Assembly: GCA_047456295.1 (NCBI GenBank)
Contig: CP179887.1
Span: 367,159 to 431,158 of the forward strand
DNA length: 64,000 nt
From: Candidatus Nealsonbacteria bacterium
Lineage (GTDB): Bacteria; Patescibacteriota; Minisyncoccia; Minisyncoccales; JANBVM01
Reading direction: 5' to 3'
Both the position numbers and the translations under genes were made by a program. Every line of letters starts with the position of its first letter. The stretch's first letter is position 1. The notes under the pieces are model-generated. The model saw nothing but the letters and a program-made list of their open reading frames with translations. It ran no database searches and had not been told where the DNA came from. This document shows positions 54,498-62,498 of the stretch, piece by piece.

Positions 54498-55142
54498 CTA
54501 AAAAGGGTAAGGATATCTAGGAAAAACATGGTCTCGAGGAAGAATGTCTTTATAGATTAATAAAAGAAGACAGGTTGCCAGCATGGTAAAACTTCCCACT
54601 AATATGAAAATGATCTTAAAGCCGAAAAAAGCAGCGATGATTCCTCCAACAGCACCTGTGATTCCAACTCCAAATCCTAAAGATGTGCTCCTTACACTCC
54701 ATTCATAGGCCTCCTTACCTTTATCAATATGTCTGGTAAAAATAGCTGACCAGGAAGGTATTACCATTGCCATACCAATAGCATGAAAAGCATGAAAAGC
54801 ATAAATATGCCAGGGCTCAAAAGAAACCATAAAACCAAAAGGAACAAAACCTGTTAAAAAGGTACCGAAGACCATAAACAGGAAATCATCTTTTTCTCCA
54901 TGGTTTTTATCAAGATACCTGCCGATTGGAATCTGTAAGGTGGATTTTACAATCCAGTATATTAAAGAAGCAAAACCAGCTATTTTTGCAGCTTGGGTAG
55001 CGCTTCCACCCACAATATTTTGAACAATGAATATGGCAAAGATAGGACCCAAAAAACCCCAACCACTATTCAAAACAAAATCACTGACTATCAATGTCTT
55101 AATGATTCTATTAATGGGTTTTGACATATATTTATCAACCAC
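54498..55142 (-). CDS. Hypothetical 6-TM membrane protein (MFS-half-like)
   Basis: Six hydrophobic segments. GTG start at 55142 or ATG at 55127. Confidence 0.5.
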   Translation of the reverse strand: MVDKYMSKPINRIIKTLIVSDFVLNSGWGFLGPIFAIFIVQNIVGGSATQAAKIAGFASLIYWIVKSTLQIPIGRYLDKNHGEKDDFLFMVFGTFLTGFVPFGFMVSFEPWHIYAFHAFHAIGMAMVIPSWSAIFTRHIDKGKEAYEWSVRSTSLGFGVGITGAVGGIIAAFFGFKIIFILVGSFTMLATCLLLLIYKDILPRDHVFPRYPYPF

Positions 55143-55539
55143 TGATTATTTTTACTAATATTTCTCTTTTTCTGGGCCGGTTGTCAAAATCAATAAAAGC
55201 AATCTGCTGCCATGTCCCCAACACTAATCTTCCTTTTTCAATGGGAAGGGTTAAAAAAGGTCTTAATAAGGCTGAACGAATATGGGCATAACCATTGCAG
55301 TCTCCCCATTTTTTACAATGTTCGTAATCCTTTGACATTGGAGCAATTTTTTCCAGTATCCTTTTTAAGTCTTCAATCAAACCTGATTCATATTCAATGG
55401 TGGTTATGCCGCAGGTTGAACCAGGACAGGATATCGAACAAATCCCCTCTTTTATTTTAGATTTCTTTATAATATCAGAAACTTCTGGGGTTATATCAAT
55501 GATATCTGTAAATCCTTTTGTGCTAACAGAAAATCTCAT
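55135..55539 (-). CDS. YjbQ/UPF0047-family protein (secondary thiamine-phosphate synthase-like)
   Basis: FTDIIDITPEV..., ...NGYAHIRSALL..., LVLGTWQQIAFIDFD pattern. Confidence 0.8.
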   Translation of the reverse strand: MRFSVSTKGFTDIIDITPEVSDIIKKSKIKEGICSISCPGSTCGITTIEYESGLIEDLKRILEKIAPMSKDYEHCKKWGDCNGYAHIRSALLRPFLTLPIEKGRLVLGTWQQIAFIDFDNRPRKREILVKIISG

Positions 55540-55645
55540 ATTGGTTAATTATAACTTAATTATCCCTAAACCAAAAACCCGAGGAAAATCTCGGGATTCT
55601 GTTTAATAGGTTCTTTATGGAATCAACCAAAGTTTCCCAGCATTT

Positions 55646-56071
55646 TTACTTAAGCCCTCTTCTTATTTGATTTTTTAATTCATTTAACACAGAGGGGGAC
55701 AACTTTACTTTTTCATAAGGTGAATGAATATTATTCCATCTTTTATCGAAAAATCCTATATTTTCGAATATCCGTTTGTCTTTATATCTTGGAATAATAT
55801 GAATATGGAGATGTCTTATCTGGTTTCCCAGAGAGGCATAATTGAATAAATCAGGTTTAAATAAATCATTTAACCTTGTTTTTAACTGTTTCATTATTTC
55901 TAAAAGCTCTTTTTTTTCCTCCTCATTACTATCAAAAAAATCAATCATATGCCGGTTTAGTTTAATCATACATCTTCCCAGATAACATTGGTAAGGGTGA
56001 ATAAGGATTGTCCAGTATTTATATTTTTTAATTAACAAGTCCTTATTGTCTTTACAGAAAAAACATTTCAT
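55646..56071 (-). CDS. HIT-family protein (second copy in window)
   Basis: Histidine triad HLHIHIIPR; N-terminal CFFC. Confidence 0.8.
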   Translation of the reverse strand: MKCFFCKDNKDLLIKKYKYWTILIHPYQCYLGRCMIKLNRHMIDFFDSNEEEKKELLEIMKQLKTRLNDLFKPDLFNYASLGNQIRHLHIHIIPRYKDKRIFENIGFFDKRWNNIHSPYEKVKLSPSVLNELKNQIRRGLK

Positions 56072-56072
56072 A

Positions 56073-57089
56073 CTATAAATTGTTTTTGTTTACCAATTTC
56101 TTAATACTTTTGAAAATAAAGTTTTTAAGAAATATTGCTCCCAGTCGAAGAAAAATTACCACTCCCGCTAAAGCAAATAAAAGCTCAGCTGCTCTAATAA
56201 TCATGGTAAAAGCAGTGGCAGTAGAAACCCCTAAACCCAAAGAGTTAAAAGAAAAAATCTGAATTACCTCATGAGAACCTAAAGCAGCTGGAATGGGAAT
56301 CATTGCTGCCAAATAAGTAAAACCAAGAATAGATAAAACAGATAGAGCAGAGATGTTTTTCCCTAAAAACATTATTAAAAACCAGGTTCTCACATACATT
56401 ACAGCTGCCCTGAGAAAAGAAATAGCAAAACTCCTCCACATTGATTTTTTTTCAAGTTTAAAAAAATCAAAAATTTCCTTTTCGGTTTGTACAGGCTCTT
56501 TATCCAATCTGCCATTAAAAATCCTGCCAAATGTCTTTGTAATGCTTTCTCTTTTAAAAGTTTTGAAATAAAAAAGGAAAATTGCAATGACAAAAAGTAA
56601 AAATACGCCTCCAAAAGCTATTCCTAAATTTTTTGGAGGGAGACCAATCTTATAAAGGAAAAATAAAAGCCCTAAAAAAATAACCACCAGATTGGCGGTC
56701 CATTCCAAAATTCTATCTATTATTACAGAAGATAAAGCCTTTGACCAAGAAATCTGTTCTTTTTCTTTTAAAGTATATGTTCGAAATATCTCTCCAACCC
56801 AAAGCAAAATTGGAGCTAAAAACATTACGGCAAAACCAGCCAGATAAACTTTAAATAGTTCCCAAAATGAAATTTTAACTTCTTGTCCTTTCAAAATTTC
56901 CTTCCATTTCCAGTTCCCTATCAACATCATCAATAATGTCAGAATAAAAATTACTATTCCCTGCCAACCAGTAAAAACCAAAAATGCATTTTTAATATCC
57001 TGCCATCCGACAAAATTAATAATCCAGATAAAAAGCCCGATACCAATAAAAAGAGAGAGAAAAAAAAGTAAAAACTTCTTCATATACAT
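56073..57089 (-). CDS. Flippase-like/UPF0104 (LPG-synthase-TM type) integral membrane protein
   Basis: Eight or so TM segments; the overall pattern resembles the TIGR00374/PF03706 family. Recognition is moderate. Confidence 0.6.
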   Translation of the reverse strand: MYMKKFLLFFLSLFIGIGLFIWIINFVGWQDIKNAFLVFTGWQGIVIFILTLLMMLIGNWKWKEILKGQEVKISFWELFKVYLAGFAVMFLAPILLWVGEIFRTYTLKEKEQISWSKALSSVIIDRILEWTANLVVIFLGLLFFLYKIGLPPKNLGIAFGGVFLLFVIAIFLFYFKTFKRESITKTFGRIFNGRLDKEPVQTEKEIFDFFKLEKKSMWRSFAISFLRAAVMYVRTWFLIMFLGKNISALSVLSILGFTYLAAMIPIPAALGSHEVIQIFSFNSLGLGVSTATAFTMIIRAAELLFALAGVVIFLRLGAIFLKNFIFKSIKKLVNKNNL

Positions 57090-57120
57090 TTAATTATAAC
57101 TCAACCTTTTCCATAAAACA

Positions 57121-57144
57121 AAATCCCTTAAAATTAAGGGATTT
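57121..57144. terminator. Perfect 10-bp hairpin between mvk and the downstream membrane-protein gene
   Basis: AAATCCCTTA-aaat-TAAGGGATTT; T-rich on both sides (weak T run on the minus strand). Confidence 0.45.
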
Positions 57145-57284
57145 TATTATCCTTTATATCTTAATTATCTACTGTATCTATCAATAATTAAAGCCCGTAT
57201 AACTCTTGAACTCCCGTAATATCTGGTTGATCAAGACTCCTTACATCTTGTCAAATCACTTAAAAACAGACCTAAAAACCTATT

Positions 57285-58301
57285 TCAGGAAATTAATTTT
57301 ACTCCTTCAACTCCAATTTTAGCTTGAAAAGATTTAAATCCTTTTCTCTCAAAAACCTCTATTAAATCAGTTATTCTTTTTTGATTTTTCGCCAAAACCA
57401 CACAACAACCCCCACCCCATCCTCCTGTTGGTTTAACTCCCAAGGCTCTATTTTGTAAAGCAATCTCTATAATTTGATCTAATCTTGAAGTTGAGATATC
57501 CAGTTTTTTTAATTCCTTATAATATCTATACATTAATTTTCCTAAATTCTCGAAATCCTGAAGCTTCAAAGGCTCCAAGGCTTTTTCAGAAATATCATTT
57601 AAAGAATCTAAAACAGAATTTATAAATTCAGGATTCTCTTGCCTCCTTTTCCTTATATAAGAAACAGTTTCTCCTGTTATTGTTTTTTCTCCACTATCAA
57701 CAATCAATAAAGGAATCTTAAAATCAACCTTCAGAAACTCAATACCTTTTGATTTTCTATATTTTAAATAGCCGCCGTAAGTAACAATACTATTGTCTAT
57801 GCCAGAAGGAGTCCCTCCATGAGCTATCAAATCTCCCTGATAAGCAAAATCAGAAATTTCTTTTTTAGATACCTTTTTTCCTAAAAAACTTAAAACAGCC
57901 AGGCTGATGGCAGAAAAGACAGCAGAGCTCGAACCCAGATTTTTGGGAACTTCTGATTTAATTTTAAGCTTTAATCCTTTGAAACCGTACTCTTTCAAGA
58001 TATTGGAAATAACAAAGAAACTAGGAATCAACTGGTTTTTTTTAAAAATCTCTCTTATCTCCTTGAATCTTTTTCCATTAATTAAATAATTAATCTCTTC
58101 ACATAAATTAAACAATTCTCTTTTTTTAAGAGAATCTGTTAAATTAAAATCCTCTGCCTCAATAAAAACATTATTTTCTTTATTGGGAAGAATCTTTACA
58201 TTACACCTTTTATCAATACTGCAGGCAATTCCCAGCTTATCATACACAACAGCATGTTCGCCAAATAAGATAATTTTACCCGGGGCAGATGTAATTATCA
58301 T
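57285..58301 (-). CDS. mvk: Mevalonate kinase (GHMP kinase family)
   Basis: N-terminal APGKIILFGEHAVVY and GHMP motif PKNLGSSSAV. Confidence 0.85.
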   Translation of the reverse strand: MIITSAPGKIILFGEHAVVYDKLGIACSIDKRCNVKILPNKENNVFIEAEDFNLTDSLKKRELFNLCEEINYLINGKRFKEIREIFKKNQLIPSFFVISNILKEYGFKGLKLKIKSEVPKNLGSSSAVFSAISLAVLSFLGKKVSKKEISDFAYQGDLIAHGGTPSGIDNSIVTYGGYLKYRKSKGIEFLKVDFKIPLLIVDSGEKTITGETVSYIRKRRQENPEFINSVLDSLNDISEKALEPLKLQDFENLGKLMYRYYKELKKLDISTSRLDQIIEIALQNRALGVKPTGGWGGGCCVVLAKNQKRITDLIEVFERKGFKSFQAKIGVEGVKLIS

Positions 58302-58366
58302 TTAAAAATAAATTAAAAGCTTTTAATTAATAAGGGAATTTTTACTAACTTATTCAAATTATCAGC

Positions 58367-59122
58367 CTAAAAATTCTGGGGAGCAAATTTATCTCTAATA
58401 AAGGCTGTAATTTGACCGCCAGTAGTTGATGAGTCCCAAAAATATTCATGACCGGGAATATGAAGGGCTCTGGAAAGAGAAATATTCTCCCCAGATATTT
58501 TTCCCAAAAGCCATTTAAAAGGAGTTTTAAACAAAGAAAAAACTAAAATCCCTGCCTCTCCTTTGGAAAGAGGATCTTTACCTTCATTATTTAAAAAGAG
58601 AACATTTTCAGAATCAAAAGACTCTTCCCAAAAAGGAATTCCCAGCTCAATAGTAAAGATATTACTTATGTTTTTTTCTGACACACACTCCATCGTCTTA
58701 TCAACAAAAGCTCCCCCGCTCGATAATCCTGCCACAATTACCTTGGTGTTGGGATTATTTTCTACAAAATCCTCAATCTCTTGAGCTAATTTTGCTGATT
58801 GGCTTTTAAAAGAAGTTAAAAAACTCCTTATTCCCTCAATCTTTCCCCAAAAACTATCTTTGGTTCTTTTATAGGGCACTACTATTGATTTATATCCCAA
58901 ATCATTGAGGGTTTCTTGAACCCCTTCTATAATCGGCTTAAAATCGCCTGCCTCATCTACGGGAGTATTTCCCCAACCACCAGAATTAAAAACAATAACA
59001 ATCTCATCTTGAGAAACAGAATTTAAACCCTCTTGAAATTGAGAGTTATCAGGAAGATCCCCTGGTTCAAACAGGATAATTAAACCTATCAGTAAAAAAG
59101 AAATGACAATATTTTTTTTCAT
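58367..59122 (-). CDS. Hypothetical membrane-anchored protein, possible alpha/beta-hydrolase fold
   Basis: N-terminal signal anchor (MKKNIVISFLLIGLIILF) and a GxSxG-like motif in VIVAGLSSGGAF. Function is a weak guess. The ORF-track start at 59161 is TTG. Confidence 0.5.
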   Translation of the reverse strand: MKKNIVISFLLIGLIILFEPGDLPDNSQFQEGLNSVSQDEIVIVFNSGGWGNTPVDEAGDFKPIIEGVQETLNDLGYKSIVVPYKRTKDSFWGKIEGIRSFLTSFKSQSAKLAQEIEDFVENNPNTKVIVAGLSSGGAFVDKTMECVSEKNISNIFTIELGIPFWEESFDSENVLFLNNEGKDPLSKGEAGILVFSLFKTPFKWLLGKISGENISLSRALHIPGHEYFWDSSTTGGQITAFIRDKFAPQNF

Positions 59123-59243
59123 TTTTACACTTATTTTAGTTTCTTTTAAATAATCTCTCAAAATGGTTTATTTGTCAAAAACAAAACATATCAGTTGCAA
59201 ACTGATATATTATGCCATAATTTATCTTGGGTCTCAATAAATA

Positions 59244-59717
59244 TTATGATAAACGGTATACCACTTTTTTAATCTTATAAATTACTTTTACAGGAGAAGC
59301 CATTGTTACCTTATCACCAATCTTATGACCCAAGAGAACCTTACCTATGGGGGATTCTGAAGATATCTTCCCTTCCCCAGGATTAGCCTCCAATGTCCCA
59401 ACAATCATAAACTCATTAATCTTGCCATTGGATTCCTGTAAGGTAACTGTGGCTCCCAAATTCACGATGTTTCTTTTTCTTTTTGGAGGAATCTTGATTA
59501 GTTCAATATTCTTTAAGATATGCTCAATTTCAGTCATCCTTGTTTCCAAAAAACTAAGGTCTTCTCTAAAAGAAAGATATTCAGGATTTAAATCTTCGGA
59601 ATGCAAAATCCGAGGAGATTCTCCTTTTGTTTTAGCTATCTTAATTCTCTTTAAGTCTTGATACTCTTTTTTTATTTTTACTAGACCTTGTTTGGTTAAA
59701 TAAAATTTTTCTGCCAT
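59244..59717 (-). CDS. greA: Transcription elongation factor GreA
   Basis: N-terminal coiled-coil (LTKQGLVKIKKEYQDL) and C-terminal SPIGKVLLGHKIGDKV motif. Confidence 0.9.
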   Translation of the reverse strand: MAEKFYLTKQGLVKIKKEYQDLKRIKIAKTKGESPRILHSEDLNPEYLSFREDLSFLETRMTEIEHILKNIELIKIPPKRKRNIVNLGATVTLQESNGKINEFMIVGTLEANPGEGKISSESPIGKVLLGHKIGDKVTMASPVKVIYKIKKVVYRLS

Positions 59718-60074
59718 ATTTAAGTAAAAAAGCCCTCCTGTAATGAGAGGCTTAGTATTTATATTGTTTTTTTTATTTATACTATTTTTATTTTTTTCTC
59801 ATGCTTGTACTAAACCTCTTAGTCTTTTCTTTACAGATAACAATGGGAAAAATATAACCAGCCCAGCTTTTAGTGGGCCTAGTGAATGTTAGAGATTTAG
59901 TTTTTCGGTCTCTGATATTCATGGTTTACAACTTGTTTAATTATAGTCAGGAGGAAATACTTTTGTCAAGGACGGTGTAAATCTAAAAAATACTTTTTTT
60001 CAAACCTCTTTTTATTTATTAAAAATTGATTTAAAATCAAGAAAGATAGAAGGTGTTTTAACAATCTTCAAAAC

Positions 60075-61115
60075 ATGTTAGAAATTGACGGTTCAACTCT
60101 TGAAGGAGGCGGTCAGATATTAAGAACAGCTGTCGCTCTTTCTGTAATTCTCAAAAAACCCTGCCGAATATTTAATATCAGACAGGGGAGAAAAAAACCT
60201 GGTTTAGCTGCCCAGCATCTTTTGGGAATCAGGGCTTTGTCTCAATTCTGCAATGGTTCTTTGCAGGGAGACGATTTGGGAAGTGAACAAATCCAATTCC
60301 ATCCTGGTTCAGATTATAGAAAACATATCTCCATTAACATCCCGACAGCAGGAAGTATCAGCCTTGTTTTGCAAACCCTAATTCCTCCTGCCCTGTTTGC
60401 CCATTCAACAGACCCGCAAAAAAACCCAGTAAAAATCAGTTTCAATGGCGGAGCTACAGATACTTTTTTCTCGCCAACCATTGATTATTTTCAATATGTT
60501 TTTTTGAAATTATTAGAAAAAATGGGCGGGAAGGTGAAGATTAATATTTTAAAAAGAGGTTATTACCCTGAAGGTGGGGCAAAATTAGAAATTGAAATTT
60601 TTCCTTCCCAATTAAAACAAATTAATCTAACTAAACGGGAATCATTTAAAAAAATAAGTGTAATTTCTGGAGCTTCAGAATTATTAAAGAATAAAAAGGT
60701 AGCCGAGCGCCAGATTGCTGGCTTAAGAGAGATTTTTAGAAAATTAAAATTACCCATTGAAGAAAAAGTGGAATATTATCAAACTCAATGTCCGGGCAGC
60801 CAGATTTGCCTGATAGCTGATTTTGAAAATACAGTAATGGGAATCGATAACCTGGGAAAATTAGGGAAAAGAGCAGAGGATGTTGGAAAAGAAGCTGCCT
60901 TAGAATTATTGAAAGAACAAAAATCTGAAGCCTGTTTAGATAAACGCTTGGCTGATCAAATTTTACCTTATTTAGCTTTAATTCCAAAAAAATCCCAGAT
61001 TACGGTTTCAGAAATTACAAATCACTGTAAAACCAACATCTGGGTGATTGAAAAATTTATTGAAGGAAAGTTTGAAGCAAAGGGTAATTTAATCAGATGG
61101 ACTCCGGCAGGTTGA
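60075..61115 (+). CDS. rtcA: RNA 3'-terminal phosphate cyclase
   Basis: IDGSTLEGGGQILRTAVALS N-terminus; a catalytic His-region equivalent (TNHCKTNIWVIEKF) near the C-terminus. Confidence 0.88.
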   Translation: MLEIDGSTLEGGGQILRTAVALSVILKKPCRIFNIRQGRKKPGLAAQHLLGIRALSQFCNGSLQGDDLGSEQIQFHPGSDYRKHISINIPTAGSISLVLQTLIPPALFAHSTDPQKNPVKISFNGGATDTFFSPTIDYFQYVFLKLLEKMGGKVKINILKRGYYPEGGAKLEIEIFPSQLKQINLTKRESFKKISVISGASELLKNKKVAERQIAGLREIFRKLKLPIEEKVEYYQTQCPGSQICLIADFENTVMGIDNLGKLGKRAEDVGKEAALELLKEQKSEACLDKRLADQILPYLALIPKKSQITVSEITNHCKTNIWVIEKFIEGKFEAKGNLIRWTPAG

Positions 61116-61173
61116 TTATCTCTTTTTAACTTCTCTTTATTTTCCCGGGTTGACTACCAGATTTTTGTATCTA

Positions 61174-62076
61174 TTATTCCCGATAGAGTCTTTTTAGACC
61201 AGCTATTTTGACTAGTTCAACTGCTCTCTGGAATTCTTCCCTTGTAATTCTCCTCGAGAACTCGGGAAACTGAAAAGCCTTATGGTAAGGATAATATTGA
61301 TCCATAATATTCAAAAAAGTATTCGGGGAAATCTCTTTTGACAAGAATTCAAAAGTCTTTTCAGAGCCTGCCAAATTATTCGGCAAAACCAAATGTCTCA
61401 CCAATAAACCCTGTCTGGCTATCCCCTCTTTGTCTAAAACCAGATCTCCCACCTGCCGGTGCATCTCTTTAATGGCTTTTTTCATAATCTCAAAATAATG
61501 GGGGGCTTTTGAATATTTCAAAGCAACCTTATTGTTAGAGTATTTTGTATCTGGCAGATAAATATCAATAATTCCATCTAAAAACCGTAAGGTCTCAACT
61601 GAATCGTAAGAACTGGTATTATAAATCAAGGGAATGTTGAGACCAGACTCAATTGCTATTACAAGTGATTTCAAAATCTGGGGAACATGGCAGGTAGGAG
61701 TGACCAGATTAATGTTATGACAAAGGCGATCCTGAAGTTCTAACATCATTTTTGCCAATCTCTCAAAAGAAATCTCTTTTCCAATCCGTAATTGAGAAAT
61801 TTCATAATTTTGACAATAAACACACGACAGATTACAGGATGTAAAAAAAATGGTTCCTGAACCAAACCTTCCCACCAGAGGGGCTTCTTCTCCAAAATGG
61901 GGGTGGAAAGCAGAAACAATGGGTAGAAAACCTAATTGACAATATCCCTTTTCTCCTTTTATTCTGTTCACATGGCATTTTCTCGGACAAATCTCACAAT
62001 CTTCTAAAAGCTTAAAGAGTTTTTCTATCCTTTGTTTTAAATCCTTTTTAGATAAATTTAAGTAGCTCGGGTACAT
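61174..62076 (-). CDS. PflX-type (COG1313-like) radical SAM protein
   Basis: N-terminal CEICPRKCHVNR...GYCQ cluster, radical SAM CNLSCVYCQN, and the LVTPTCHVPQI...YNTSSYDS...DIYLPDTKY pattern typical of PflX homologs of PFL-activating enzymes. Confidence 0.75.
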   Translation of the reverse strand: MYPSYLNLSKKDLKQRIEKLFKLLEDCEICPRKCHVNRIKGEKGYCQLGFLPIVSAFHPHFGEEAPLVGRFGSGTIFFTSCNLSCVYCQNYEISQLRIGKEISFERLAKMMLELQDRLCHNINLVTPTCHVPQILKSLVIAIESGLNIPLIYNTSSYDSVETLRFLDGIIDIYLPDTKYSNNKVALKYSKAPHYFEIMKKAIKEMHRQVGDLVLDKEGIARQGLLVRHLVLPNNLAGSEKTFEFLSKEISPNTFLNIMDQYYPYHKAFQFPEFSRRITREEFQRAVELVKIAGLKRLYRE

Positions 62077-62093
62077 TTTCTTTCTTCATTATA

Positions 62094-62120
62094 TAACAAA
62101 AAAGCCGTTTTTGGCGGCTT
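62094..62120 (-). terminator. Rho-independent terminator after the Mth938-like gene
   Basis: Minus strand AAGCCG-ccaaaaa-CGGCTT followed by TTTTGTT, 16 nt after the stop. Confidence 0.55.
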
Positions 62121-62135
62121 TTAGAATTGCTCTTT

Positions 62136-62498
62136 TTAACAGGTCAGGTGAAATAAACCTATTACCTTCTCTTGTTTTCCTTCTTCTCTTTGTGATTCTG
62201 CCAGGATAATATTAAAGGTCTTAACTGATTGTTCGGTCTTATCAATAATTAATTTAATACCTTTCTGTTCAATAGAATCCTGACATCTTTGAGTAACCCT
62301 GGCCATGCCTGCTTGTCCAGTACCAATAATAATTGTATCTGGATTCTGTCCTACCGCTCTTTCTGTATCTGCTGTATCTATTGTATGGCTCTTTACCCTC
62401 CACCACTTCAGAACCTCGCCTGACCAATAAACCTCCACATCTTGATGATAAGTTTTCTTATCAATGGTTATTGAGCCAAATTTATATTCCTCAATCAT
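62136..62498 (-). CDS. Mth938-like (DUF498) domain protein
   Basis: FGSITIDKKTYHQDV..., IIIGTGQAGM..., C-terminal FHLTC match my recollection of the MTH938 family. ATGA overlap with the upstream activase stop. Confidence 0.7.
   Translation of the reverse strand: MIEEYKFGSITIDKKTYHQDVEVYWSGEVLKWWRVKSHTIDTADTERAVGQNPDTIIIGTGQAGMARVTQRCQDSIEQKGIKLIIDKTEQSVKTFNIILAESQREEGKQEKVIGLFHLTC

Noticed and set aside
59793-59927. A 44-aa basic minus-strand ORF (MNIRDRKTKSLTFTRPTKSWAGYIFPIVICKEKTKRFSTSMRKK) in the greA-rtcA divergent gap.
   Set aside because: No SD or promoter context, no recognisable family, and it lies in a likely promoter region.
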